From contig CAZWUI010000003.1 of assembly GCA_964637515.1 (NCBI GenBank), positions 46,087 to 110,086 of the forward strand: a stretch of 64,000 nt of DNA. The letters run 5' to 3'. The notes beneath the pieces were generated by a model. That model was not told where the DNA came from and did no database searches. It saw only the letters and a program-made list of their open reading frames with translations. The translations under genes were made by a program, and so were the position numbers. The DNA comes from an uncultured Bacteroidaceae bacterium. GTDB lineage: Bacteria; Bacillota; Clostridia; Christensenellales; CAG-917. Below, one piece after another: positions 36,975-45,963 of this stretch. Numbering within the stretch: position 1 is the stretch's first letter; the number at the start of each line of letters is the position of its first letter.

Positions 36975-38105
36975 ATGAAGAAAAGAATGGTACCTATCAC
37001 ACTGCTCACCGGTTATCTCGGCGCAGGCAAAACCACTCTCCTGAACCACGTGCTCAACAACCAACAAGGTTACAAAGTTGCGGTCATCGTCAACGATATA
37101 GGGGAGGTCAATATCGACGCAAGTTTGCTCGGCGCAGGCGGTGTGGTGACTCAAAAGGACGAAAATCTCGTCCCGTTGCAAAACGGTTGTATCTGTTGCA
37201 CTTTGAAACAGGACCTTATGGAACAAATCGGAAACCTTGCGGAGTGCGGAAAATACGACTATATTCTTATCGAAGCAAGTGGTATTTGCGAACCCGTCCC
37301 CATCGTTCAAACCATCGAATTTTTGTCCGAAGGGCTCGAGGATGCTCCCACCGATTTTGGAGTAAGACTTGACAATATCGTGTCCGTCGTGGACGCGTCC
37401 AGACTTGTTCAAGAGTTCGGCAGCGGTAGAGAATTGATGAAGGAAGAAATCGAAGACGACGACATCGAAAATCTCATCATTCAACAAGTCGAATTTTGCA
37501 CCAAAATCGTCGTCAACAAGACCGATCTCGTGTCTCGCGAAGACTTGAACGAAGTCGAAACCGTCTTGAAAGCGTTGCAACCCGACGCGGAATTTATCGA
37601 AGCGGAACACGGAAAAGTCGCTCTCGACAAAATCCTTGACACCAACTCTTTCGATTTCGACACCGCAAGCGGTTCGGCGGCGTGGATCAAGGGACTCGAA
37701 GAAGTGGATGAGGACGAAGAACCCGAAGGGGAAGTGCTTGAATATAACATTATGACTTTCGTCTACAAGCGCAGACGTCCGTTCGTCACGAAGAAGTTTC
37801 TTGATTGGGCAAATCACTCATATCCCGCAAGTATCATTCGTTGCAAGGGCGTGACTTGGCTCACTCGCGACAACAAGAATATGTATATGTTCGAGCAGGC
37901 AGGCTTCCAAAAAGAACTGTCAAACGCAGGTCCTTGGGTGGCGTCTATGCCCGCAGAAGACCAAAAAGAAATTCTCCGCTACAATCCCGACGTGGCGGCG
38001 GAATGGGACGAAGAAGTGGGGGATAGAATCAATAAAATAGTCTTTATCGGCAAGGATATGGACAGACAAGCGATCGAATCCGCCCTTGATGCGTGCTTGA
38101 AATAA
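36975..38105 (+). CDS. COG0523-family G3E GTPase (CobW/YjiA/ZigA-like metallochaperone)
   Basis: Walker A GYLGAGKTT, CxCC metal motif (GCICCT), EASG switch and a CobW_C-like C-terminal domain with an acidic stretch. Confidence 0.85.
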   Translation: MKKRMVPITLLTGYLGAGKTTLLNHVLNNQQGYKVAVIVNDIGEVNIDASLLGAGGVVTQKDENLVPLQNGCICCTLKQDLMEQIGNLAECGKYDYILIEASGICEPVPIVQTIEFLSEGLEDAPTDFGVRLDNIVSVVDASRLVQEFGSGRELMKEEIEDDDIENLIIQQVEFCTKIVVNKTDLVSREDLNEVETVLKALQPDAEFIEAEHGKVALDKILDTNSFDFDTASGSAAWIKGLEEVDEDEEPEGEVLEYNIMTFVYKRRRPFVTKKFLDWANHSYPASIIRCKGVTWLTRDNKNMYMFEQAGFQKELSNAGPWVASMPAEDQKEILRYNPDVAAEWDEEVGDRINKIVFIGKDMDRQAIESALDACLK

Positions 38106-38117
38106 GAAAACTTAAAC

Positions 38118-38152
38118 AAAAAAAAGTCGCATGCTAGCGACTTTTTTTTTGT
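38118..38152. terminator. bidirectional intrinsic terminator
   Basis: A-run, agtcgc-atgcta-gcgact, T-run, lying between convergent genes. Confidence 0.7.
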
Positions 38153-38473
38153 TTAGCCTTTGCCTTGAAGTCTGTCGATTAGTTCACAAATCAACGTGCG
38201 ATTGTCCGCCGACAATTCGTTTATCATATGCAGAGTGGCAAGGTCGGATAACGGTGTTTCTGCATTCTTTGCGATAACGTCGTCGTCCGTGTTGCCGACA
38301 AGATAGTCCACCGATACGCCGAAAAATTTCGCCATTGAAACGAGTTGCTCGATAGACGGCTCGGTCGTGCCTTTTTCCCAGTTGCAGTACGTGCCCTGAC
38401 TGACGCTGAATAGGTCTGCCATTTGGCGTTGTGAGTGTCCTTTTTCTTTGCGGAGTTCAAAAAGCCTTATCAT
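38153..38473 (-). CDS. XRE-family HTH transcriptional regulator
   Basis: HTH_3 pattern (LRKEKGHSQRQMADLFSVSQGTYCNWEKGTTEPS) and a C-terminal extension of about 40 aa. Confidence 0.75.
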   Translation of the reverse strand: MIRLFELRKEKGHSQRQMADLFSVSQGTYCNWEKGTTEPSIEQLVSMAKFFGVSVDYLVGNTDDDVIAKNAETPLSDLATLHMINELSADNRTLICELIDRLQGKG

Positions 38474-38701
38474 GTTGTATTACCTCATCTCACTTACCCC
38501 CGCAATAATAATATTAGGAAAATTAATCACGCGCTTGCAATATTAAATAATTTCATATATAATTGTGAAAAAGATTAAAATTTCTAATTGAAATCTTTAA
38601 AATTAGCAACACAAGCTTTGTCGTACAAGTTGAAACAAAGGAAAGAGGACCGCTGAAATGGCGGTTTTCTTTTTATACCGTCATTACGCACTGTTTCTGT
38701 T

Positions 38702-38768
38702 ATTCCGAGCGTAGCGTGGGAATCTCGCGGGTACGGTGCCGTCGCCGAAAGAGTGGGTGCGTACTCAC
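38702..38768 (-). repeat. X-Y hairpin repeat unit (inverted and permuted copy)
   Basis: The reverse complement carries Y (gagtacgcac...ctctttcggcgacgg) followed by X (gcgagattcccacgctacgctcggaat). Compare 10925-10987. Confidence 0.85.
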
Positions 38769-38899
38769 ACCCACTCATTGTAAGTGCGAGTTGATTTTTT
38801 CTGTCGGTCTTGACAACGTGCGCGCGCTATTGTAGGATATAATCATATATTATCTTTCGGCTGTGGAAGATAAATCAATGGCTAAAGGAGTGATAAATC

Positions 38900-39328
38900 A
38901 TGTGCGCACTTGCGTTTTTCCCTGCACATCCGTCGGATGAAAAAACCAATTTGATAGAAACGACCGCTATGCCGATTTTGGAGCAATCCGCACCGTTTTC
39001 AGTCAAGGCGCTTGCAGATGAATTTTCGGAAAACGAGAATGAGTTTTACGCAAAATATTTTGACAAGCGTTTTGAAGTCGTCGGAATTGCAAAAAACGTC
39101 GGTCCCGATATTCACAACAAGCCGTCTATAGAATTGTCGGACTCAACTCACGGCAAGACGTATGCGCTCGTGATTTTCCCGACTGAAGACCATTACGATA
39201 AAGTGTGCGTAGGGGATAGAGTGGTCGTGCGTTCAAATTATCTCGTTATGAGCAGCACCTACGGCATTGTTATGAAATTCAGTGAACTTTTGTCTGTCGA
39301 TAAAAAAAGAGCGGAGGAAACACTATGA
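38900..39328 (+). CDS. hypothetical OB-fold-like (tRNA_anti-like) protein
   Basis: AAAGGAG lies 8 nt upstream of the ATG. The pattern EFSENENEFYAKYFDKRFEVVG... resembles the tRNA_anti-like family. The call is weak. Confidence 0.4.
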   Translation: MCALAFFPAHPSDEKTNLIETTAMPILEQSAPFSVKALADEFSENENEFYAKYFDKRFEVVGIAKNVGPDIHNKPSIELSDSTHGKTYALVIFPTEDHYDKVCVGDRVVVRSNYLVMSSTYGIVMKFSELLSVDKKRAEETL

Positions 39329-40278
39329 TAGAGCTTGATCGCTTGGGGCTTGGTTGCATGGGAATGTCTTGCAGCCGCAACCCTGAAAATTCGTTGAAAA
39401 CAATCCAATACGCTTTGGACAACGGCATAACGCTTTTCAATACGGGCGAGTTTTACAACGCCGGCGAAAGCGAAATGATAGTGGGGCAGGCACTGAAAGG
39501 AGTGGATAGAGACAGTTATTTTCTGTCCGTGAAATTCGGTGTGTTGCCTATGCCGCAGGGCGGTATTTACGGTCTCGACGTCAAACCGTTCAACGTGAAA
39601 GGGCATTTGACTTATTCTTTGCGTCGCTTGGGACTTGACTACGTCGACTTGTATCAACCTGCAAGAATGGATACGGAAATTCCCGTCGAAGACGTCGTCG
39701 GCGCAATCGCAGATGAAGTCAAGGCGGGTTTCGTGAAACACATAGGACTGTCTATGGTGGATGCCGAAACTCTCCGTCGTGCTTGCAAAGTGCATCCGAT
39801 TCACACCGTCGAAACAGAATATTCGTTGATAGAGCGCGGAATCGAGAACGAATTGATATCTACGGCAAAGGAATTAGGCGTCAAAGTGCTTGCTTTCGGG
39901 ACGGTCGGTCACGGTATTTTCACAGATGACGTTTTGTCAAAAGTCGGCGCTAATACGTATATGTCAAGGGGGCTACTCTCGCCTGAAAACCGAGAACATA
40001 ATGTTTCTCTCATACGCAAAGTGAAAGAGATAGCCGACGAAAAAGGTTGCTCGCTTTCTCAACTTGCGCTTTTGTGGTCGCTTTCCAAATACGACAACGT
40101 GCAAAGTCTAATCGGCACGACCAATCCCGAACACCTGCAAAGTGCAATAGACGCGCTAAAATTCAACCTCACGGCAGAAGAAATCAAAAACCTCGAAAGA
40201 GTGATTTCCCCCGACAAAATCAAAGGGAAAGGGATGCGCAACTTTCGATTCACCAACGGCATAGCAACCATAGTGTAA
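39325..40278 (+). CDS. aldo/keto reductase
   Basis: AKR pattern (LGLGCMGMS, LDYVDLYQ, HIGLS, C-terminal tail). The start overlaps the upstream stop (ATGA). Confidence 0.85.
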   Translation: MIELDRLGLGCMGMSCSRNPENSLKTIQYALDNGITLFNTGEFYNAGESEMIVGQALKGVDRDSYFLSVKFGVLPMPQGGIYGLDVKPFNVKGHLTYSLRRLGLDYVDLYQPARMDTEIPVEDVVGAIADEVKAGFVKHIGLSMVDAETLRRACKVHPIHTVETEYSLIERGIENELISTAKELGVKVLAFGTVGHGIFTDDVLSKVGANTYMSRGLLSPENREHNVSLIRKVKEIADEKGCSLSQLALLWSLSKYDNVQSLIGTTNPEHLQSAIDALKFNLTAEEIKNLERVISPDKIKGKGMRNFRFTNGIATIV

Positions 40279-40373
40279 GGAGTTGATTGCCGATCTTGCA
40301 TAGCAAGATTTCATCGCAAAGCGATTTTATCCACGATAGTGGATTTATTCCAATGTAGGCGGATTTAGTTAAA

Positions 40374-40409
40374 AAGGCTTGGGATTGTTGCCAATCCCAA
40401 GCCTTTTTT
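40374..40409. terminator. bidirectional terminator between the AKR gene and ssrA
   Basis: aaggcttgggatt-gttgcc-aatcccaagcctt followed by a T-run, abutting the tmRNA 3' end. Confidence 0.75.
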
Positions 40410-40773
40410 GGTGGAGGTGCGGGGAGTCGGACCCCGGTCCGGAAAGCCTTCACCGCGACTTTCTACACGTTTATCTCGCGTTTAGATTTTTCGCACCTTG
40501 GTACACGAGCGAACCGCGGATTGATGAGTCCGTGATGACAATCGCACTACCGGACGATTATGCGACGTTGTCCGTTTTTCTGACACCGCTTGCCAAGGGA
40601 ACGGAAAACCTTGGGGCGATGCGCTGACTTAAATTATGCAGCGAGGGCGAAATCCATAGAGGATCTCTGAGTATTGTTTTTCGCGTTTAATTATTTGCGT
40701 TCCGTTTTTACGCAGACGAGCCTGCGACGTGCTTATCCCGACTCCAACTAGCCGTCGAATCCAGTACACCCCC
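40409..40773 (-). ncRNA. ssrA: transfer-messenger RNA (tmRNA)
   Basis: Minus strand begins GGGGGTGTACTGGATTCGACGG and ends GGACCGGGGTCCGACTCCCCGCACCTCCACCA. The internal tag reading frame GCG AAA AAC AAT ACT CAG AGA TCC TCT ATG GAT TTC GCC CTC GCT GCA TAA encodes AKNNTQRSSMDFALAA. Confidence 0.92.
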
Positions 40774-40809
40774 GATGGCGCGAACGCGACCTGCGCCGAG
40801 AGTAGATTA

Positions 40810-40838
40810 TTTATAGCACACAATCCTGCGGAATGCAA
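40810..40838 (-). promoter_or_regulatory. candidate ssrA promoter
   Basis: Minus strand: ttgcat, 17-nt spacer, tataaa. This leaves a precursor leader of about 30 nt before the mature 5' end. Confidence 0.45.
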
Positions 40839-40943
40839 GTGATTTTTCAAGTATTCCGTTGCGGTTATTGACTATTTTGCGGAAAGCGGATAAAATCACA
40901 TATGTGCGTAGGTTGATACGCACGCATATCCATAGAGGTGCAT

Positions 40944-41747
40944 ATGAGCATATTCGTTTGTCCAAAATGCAAAAAGGAGTTGACAATTTCGGGCGGTTCA
41001 TACCGTTGCGAAAGCGGGCACTGCTACGACGTAAGCCGTGAAGGGTACGTCAATTTGTTGACTGCGGACAAGAAACACTCTCTTGAACCCGGGGACAACA
41101 AAATTATGGTGCGCGCACGCTACGATTTCCTTGAAAAAGGCTACTACAAACCACTTGCGGACGAACTCTGCGCCACGTTGAAAAGGATAGGTGCGGAAAG
41201 CGTGCTCGATGCGGGATGCGGAAGCGGTTACTATTCAAGGGTGATTGCGACTGCCTTGCCACACGTGCGCATAGGTGCAATCGACGTATCAAAGGAAGCA
41301 GTGCGCATAGGCGCAAAAAGGGGGAGTGCGGAATATGCCGTTGCGGGCGTATACGATATACCCGCCGCAGACGGCAGTTTCGATGCGGTTTTGAACGTGT
41401 TTTCACCGCACGCATTTTCAGAGTACGCAAGGGTGTTGAAAGAGGACGGAAGTTTGATCGTGGTCTATCCGGCACCCGAACACCTCATTGAACTCAAACA
41501 AGTTTTATATGATGAAGGGACGTTTGAAAACGACAAGTCGATAGACAGCGATTTGTTTGAAAATCGGGATAAACGCACGGTGAAATATACCACAGACGTC
41601 ATAGGGGAAGACGTCGGAAAACTGCTTGCGATGACACCGTATTATTATCGCACTTCTCCCGATAAAATTGCGAAAGCAAGTGCGCTCGAACATATAACCA
41701 TAACGGTAGCGTTTTGCGTTGAAACGCTCACAAAAAGGACTTTATGA
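40944..41747 (+). CDS. rlmA: 23S rRNA (guanine-N1)-methyltransferase RlmA-type
   Basis: N-terminal zinc ribbon (CPKC...CESGHCYD), GYVNLL and SAM motif LDAGCGSGYY. Confidence 0.8.
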   Translation: MSIFVCPKCKKELTISGGSYRCESGHCYDVSREGYVNLLTADKKHSLEPGDNKIMVRARYDFLEKGYYKPLADELCATLKRIGAESVLDAGCGSGYYSRVIATALPHVRIGAIDVSKEAVRIGAKRGSAEYAVAGVYDIPAADGSFDAVLNVFSPHAFSEYARVLKEDGSLIVVYPAPEHLIELKQVLYDEGTFENDKSIDSDLFENRDKRTVKYTTDVIGEDVGKLLAMTPYYYRTSPDKIAKASALEHITITVAFCVETLTKRTL

Positions 41748-41944
41748 CTGAAAAAGAGTTGAATGAAATGCTTTTTAGGGATGTTGACACCTGTCGTTGC
41801 GGTTGCCGAAACGGTGCTTACGTAAGGCATGACGACGAGGGATATTGGTACGTTTGCAACGACTGCGACCTGCCTGTCAAGAACTCCTATCATCTCAACG
41901 AAACCGTATCTCACCGACACCGTGACGAAGAATACGAAGACTGA
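41744..41944 (+). CDS. Cys-rich miniprotein (66 aa), hypothetical
   Basis: The start overlaps the rlmA stop (ATGA). Cys cluster CRCGC...CNDC. Acidic C-terminus. Confidence 0.45.
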   Translation: MTEKELNEMLFRDVDTCRCGCRNGAYVRHDDEGYWYVCNDCDLPVKNSYHLNETVSHRHRDEEYED

Positions 41945-41989
41945 ATATTTTGCCGAAAAAATCCCATACTATCTCCAAAGGAGGTGCGT

Positions 41990-42232
41990 ATGAGCAACGA
42001 CAAATCTTTGATCAAAAAGGTCGCGGAACTCAACAATATAAATATGATGTTGTTAGGGTTGTTGATTGCGGTGATTGCATTGTCCGTAGGACTTGCGTTC
42101 TTCTTCCTAGTCCCCGGCGGAGTCGGGTTTGGGGTTGGAATCGCAATGTTTATCGTCGCGGGTTTGACTTTCGTGATAGGGGAAATAACCTACTTTGCAA
42201 AACTTGCAAAAATCAAAAGACAGGCAGAATAA
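41990..42232 (+). CDS. small two-TM membrane protein, hypothetical
   Basis: AAGGAGG lies 5 nt upstream of ATG 41990. Two hydrophobic helices and a basic C-terminus. Confidence 0.5.
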   Translation: MSNDKSLIKKVAELNNINMMLLGLLIAVIALSVGLAFFFLVPGGVGFGVGIAMFIVAGLTFVIGEITYFAKLAKIKRQAE

Positions 42233-42246
42233 TACTGCAATAAAAA

Positions 42247-42273
42247 AGCCACCGACAATGCGGTGGCTTTTTT
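42247..42273. terminator. bidirectional intrinsic terminator
   Basis: A-run, agccaccg-acaatg-cggtggct, T-run. Confidence 0.75.
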
Positions 42274-42283
42274 CATGATCTTG

Positions 42284-43474
42284 TTAGTCGGATGCGTAGT
42301 TGGTGAAGTAGTTTTGAATGTAGATGAAGGGAGTGCCCTTGTCACCGCTTCCGCTTGTCAGGTCGCAGAGAGAACCGAGTAGGTCGGTAAGACGGCGAGG
42401 AGTGGTGCCTTGAGATGCTTGGGATGCAAACAAATCGGAGGGTTTTGCCTTGATCATATCTTGGATTGCGTGTTTTGCTTCTTCACCGCTAAGGTTGCCG
42501 ATTGCGTTGTCTGCGAGATATTTGAGTTTGAGTTCGTTGGGGGTGCCGACGAGTCCGCTCGTATACGCGGGGGATACAACGGGGTCTGCGAGTTCCCAAA
42601 TCTTGCCGACGGGATCTTTGAATGCGCCGTCGCCGTAGACCATAACTTCCACTTTCTTGCCGGTTTTTTCAAGGAGCATTGCTTGGATTTTGTCTACGAT
42701 AGGTTGGCAATCACGGGGGAAGAGTTTGACACTGTTGTCGGTGGCAAGGTTGGAACCGAGAATGCCGTAGTCGGGATTGTAACCGCTTCCGTTCACGGGT
42801 GCGTTCATAATGTCGTGCATAGAGAGAACTTTTTTCGCGCCTGCTTGTTCGAGAATGCGTTTCGTTCTGAAGCGGGTGTGAATGTCTGCGTTGATGACGA
42901 CGTCGGTATATTTGAGAATTTCTTGCGGACGGTTTGCAAGAATGATTTCGGTGTTTTCACCCGCCATTTCCTTGTAGAGTTGCACGTAGTCGATGCCGGT
43001 GAAGGGGTGTTTGATTTCGCCGAAAGTTTCGTAGATTTCTTTCTCGGTGAACACGTCGGAGTAGGGGTTGACGCCCTTTTCGTCGAGAAGGTCGATGCTC
43101 ATAAGGTGATTGCCGACTTCGTCGCTGGGGTAGGACAACATGATGATGAGTTTGTCAACGCCTTTTGCGATGCCTTTGAGAAGGAGAGAAAAACGGTTTC
43201 TTGAAAGGATAGGGAAGATAAGACCTACCGTACCGCCACCCGTTTTTGTGCGGACGTCTGCTGCGATGTCGTCTACGGTTGCGTAGTTGCCTTGGCTTCT
43301 GCCCACGACCGCTTCGGTGAGAGCAAGAACGTCTTTGTCCTGAATTTTGAACCCGGTTTCGGGATCGTTCGCGGCATTGAGAAGGCTATCAACAACGATT
43401 TGAACTAGGTCGTCGCCTTGTTTGATGATGGGTGCTTTGATACCTCTGGATATAGTACCGAGAGTCTTTGACAT
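42284..43474 (-). CDS. F420-0:gamma-glutamyl ligase (CofE)-like family protein, function unknown
   Basis: ATG 43474 follows GGAGG. N-terminal APIIKQGDDL...ALTEAVVGRSQG and C-terminal SGSGDKGTPFIYIQ blocks resemble the CofE/F420_ligase fold. Assignment is by eye. Confidence 0.5.
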   Translation of the reverse strand: MSKTLGTISRGIKAPIIKQGDDLVQIVVDSLLNAANDPETGFKIQDKDVLALTEAVVGRSQGNYATVDDIAADVRTKTGGGTVGLIFPILSRNRFSLLLKGIAKGVDKLIIMLSYPSDEVGNHLMSIDLLDEKGVNPYSDVFTEKEIYETFGEIKHPFTGIDYVQLYKEMAGENTEIILANRPQEILKYTDVVINADIHTRFRTKRILEQAGAKKVLSMHDIMNAPVNGSGYNPDYGILGSNLATDNSVKLFPRDCQPIVDKIQAMLLEKTGKKVEVMVYGDGAFKDPVGKIWELADPVVSPAYTSGLVGTPNELKLKYLADNAIGNLSGEEAKHAIQDMIKAKPSDLFASQASQGTTPRRLTDLLGSLCDLTSGSGDKGTPFIYIQNYFTNYASD

Positions 43475-43620
43475 ATATGCCTCCAAAAAATTTGATTTCG
43501 GATTAAGGCGGACTGAACCGCAGAGTGTTCCAAGAACACTCGTACAGTCTACCACACACGCGCCCGATTGTAAACAAAAAATTTTTCAATGCGGCGTGTT
43601 TTTTTCGCAAATTATCCGTA

Positions 43621-43661
43621 TTGACAACATATGGGATAGAAGTTATAATCTATATATAGAT
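43621..43661 (+). promoter_or_regulatory. perfect-consensus promoter followed by a 14-nt perfect palindrome
   Basis: ttgaca, 17-nt spacer, tataat (43621-43649). The palindrome atctatatatagat spans 43648-43661, overlapping the -10 and the expected TSS. Confidence 0.6.
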
Positions 43662-43679
43662 TAAGTCAGGGAGAAAATC

Positions 43680-45005
43680 ATGAGCAAAATCGCTGTTATA
43701 GGCCTTGGGCAAGGCGGTGCGGTCGCCGCATTGAAACTTGCCGAACAAGGACACGACGTCGACGTGTTTGAAACGGAACGCAAAGGGGAAGTCGGTTATG
43801 ATTGGTACGACGATATTCGTTTCGACGTCTTTTCGCTTTGCTCTCTCCCGTCCCCCGCAGAGAGCATTTACACCCAAAAAAGCAAGTGGCTTTTCGTTTC
43901 CCCCGATGAGAAAAACAGTCTGAAAGTCCCCCCGACAAAACCTATGGAAGAGGTTTCCGTTTCTCGTAGGGGACTGTCCGCTTATTTTGACGAATTGTTG
44001 ACGGCGGCGGGAGTCAGAATATATTACGGATTGCGGGTGCAGGCACTCGTCATCAGAGAAGAAAAAGTCGTCGGCGTAACCGTCGGCGGTGAAGAATACG
44101 TCTACGACCTTGTGATAGACGCAAGCGGACTCAATTCACCGTTCAGGGCGCAAGTCCCCGCCAAATTCGGTGTGCAGGCAAAACCCGACAAAAACGATAT
44201 TATGAAAGGCTACCGCGCGTTTTATAGGCGCAGAGCAGGCAGTCCGACTCCAACCCCCGAAAGCACCCTCTATATCAAACACCTTGACGGCGTGGGTATC
44301 AGTTGGTGCAATCTCAACGACCGTGACGAAGTGGACGTGCTTATAGGCAGGATAGGCGGTCTGACCGCGGATGAAAAGGACGAAGCACTGTCCGCACTTT
44401 TAGCGAAAAACGCAATTATGACAACCGAAGAAATCCGCCCGGCACGCTTTGTGGATATAGGAGTGAGAAGACCGTTGTCCGTGATGGTTGCGGACGGCTA
44501 TGCTGCGGTCGGAGACAGTGCGTTTATGACTATGCCGATTATGGGAAGCGGTATCGAATCCGCGATGAAAGCGGGTGTGTGGCTTGCGGACTCGGTGAAA
44601 GGAAAAACGGACTATTCCGCAAAGGAACTTTGGGGGTATCAACTCAAGTTCATGGAAGAATTCGGGGCGGACTATACGTTCATAGATATTATCAAAAGGT
44701 GGGCTTTAAATATCAATCCCGCCATGATAAACTGGCTTTTTGGTTGCGGAGCGGTAACAAACGAGGATATGGCGTTGTTGTCTACGGACAGCGAAAATCC
44801 CGTCAAATTGGGTGCGGGCGATATTCTCAAAAAGGCGTGCATAATTCTCAAAAAACCCTCTCTCGTTTGTCAAGCGATAAGGTGGCTTTTGAAGGCGTTG
44901 CACGGAAAGAAAGTCGCAAGCCGTATACCCAAAAAGTACAAGCGGTCGGCGGTCGTCAAATGGGCGAATAAGTACGACGGCATTTTCGCAAAAATCGAGA
45001 GGTAG
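43680..45005 (+). CDS. FAD-dependent oxidoreductase (geranylgeranyl-reductase/FixC-like)
   Basis: N-terminal dinucleotide fold VIGLGQGGAVAALKLAEQGHDVDVFE and a GD motif (AAVGDSAF). Confidence 0.7.
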   Translation: MSKIAVIGLGQGGAVAALKLAEQGHDVDVFETERKGEVGYDWYDDIRFDVFSLCSLPSPAESIYTQKSKWLFVSPDEKNSLKVPPTKPMEEVSVSRRGLSAYFDELLTAAGVRIYYGLRVQALVIREEKVVGVTVGGEEYVYDLVIDASGLNSPFRAQVPAKFGVQAKPDKNDIMKGYRAFYRRRAGSPTPTPESTLYIKHLDGVGISWCNLNDRDEVDVLIGRIGGLTADEKDEALSALLAKNAIMTTEEIRPARFVDIGVRRPLSVMVADGYAAVGDSAFMTMPIMGSGIESAMKAGVWLADSVKGKTDYSAKELWGYQLKFMEEFGADYTFIDIIKRWALNINPAMINWLFGCGAVTNEDMALLSTDSENPVKLGAGDILKKACIILKKPSLVCQAIRWLLKALHGKKVASRIPKKYKRSAVVKWANKYDGIFAKIER

Positions 45006-45008
45006 CTT

Positions 45009-45848
45009 ATGTCTGCAAAGGACGGAACTTTTAAGATTGCAAGAGTGGGACTTCACCGTTTTGAAGAACCCTGCATCTCGGGGACGGGCGGCAGCGGCAC
45101 TATTTTCTTTTCGGGGTGCAACCTGAAATGCCTGTTTTGCCAAAACTACAAGATTTCGCACGAAGGTTTAGGACTCGAAGTCACTCCCGACGAGCTTGTC
45201 AGAGCGATGCTCTATCTGCAAGACGAGGGGGCGGAGAATATCAATCTCGTCACACCCCCTGCAAACGTAAATCTGCTTGCTCAAACCCTGTCCATAGCAA
45301 AACCCGCATTGCATATTCCTATCGTATGGAATTCTAACGGTTACGAAACGGTTGCGAATTTGAGGAAACTCGAAGGACTCGTTGACGTGTGGTTGCCCGA
45401 CTTCAAATATAGCGACGACACTCTTGCGATGAAGTATTCAAACGCTCCGAACTATTTTGAAGTCGCAAAAAACGCAATAACCGAAATGCGCCGTCAACAA
45501 CCTAAAAATATTTTCGACGACGACGGTATGATGGTCAAAGGCGTCATCGTCAGGCATCTCGTCTTGCCCCGCGGACTCCGCAATACAAGGGGAGTCATGA
45601 GTGCGATAGCGGAGATTGACAAGGGTATGTTCGTCAGCGTTATGGGACAGTATTTCCCCGTACCCGCGGTGGAAGGGCATGAAACACTCGGCAGACGTCT
45701 CAACGAACTCGAATATAATACCGCTGTCGACGCATTTTTCGATGCGGGACTGACGAACGGTTTTTCCCAAGAACTCGACAGTGCGAAAGAAGAATACGTA
45801 CCCGACTTCGATTTGGACGAACTGAAAAAAATTCTCGACAAGAAATGA
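45009..45848 (+). CDS. radical SAM protein, PflX (COG1313)-like
   Basis: CNLKCLFCQN (Cx3Cx2C) preceded by GSGTIFFSG. Starts 4 nt after the flavoprotein stop. Confidence 0.8.
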   Translation: MSAKDGTFKIARVGLHRFEEPCISGTGGSGTIFFSGCNLKCLFCQNYKISHEGLGLEVTPDELVRAMLYLQDEGAENINLVTPPANVNLLAQTLSIAKPALHIPIVWNSNGYETVANLRKLEGLVDVWLPDFKYSDDTLAMKYSNAPNYFEVAKNAITEMRRQQPKNIFDDDGMMVKGVIVRHLVLPRGLRNTRGVMSAIAEIDKGMFVSVMGQYFPVPAVEGHETLGRRLNELEYNTAVDAFFDAGLTNGFSQELDSAKEEYVPDFDLDELKKILDKK

Positions 45849-45963
45849 GCCGAGATTGACACCCCGAAAACGACCGCTATTATTGTCGTAGCGGAAATAA
45901 GGGCGTAAAAGAAAACCGTTTCTCGTGCGCTCGTGTTGCGTGCGCATAAATTTAAGGTGATAT

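Noticed and set aside
40326-40346. ttatccacgatagtggat resembles convergent DnaA boxes.
   Set aside because: Only one arm approximates TTATCCACA. The element is a simple hairpin in a run of hairpins downstream of the AKR gene. There is no dnaA/dnaN context, AT-rich unwinding element or box cluster.
40629-41001. Small ORFs (40629-40850, 40807-41001, 40379-40627) in the AKR-rlmA spacer.
   Set aside because: The region is occupied by the tmRNA gene and its promoter, so the ORFs are incidental.
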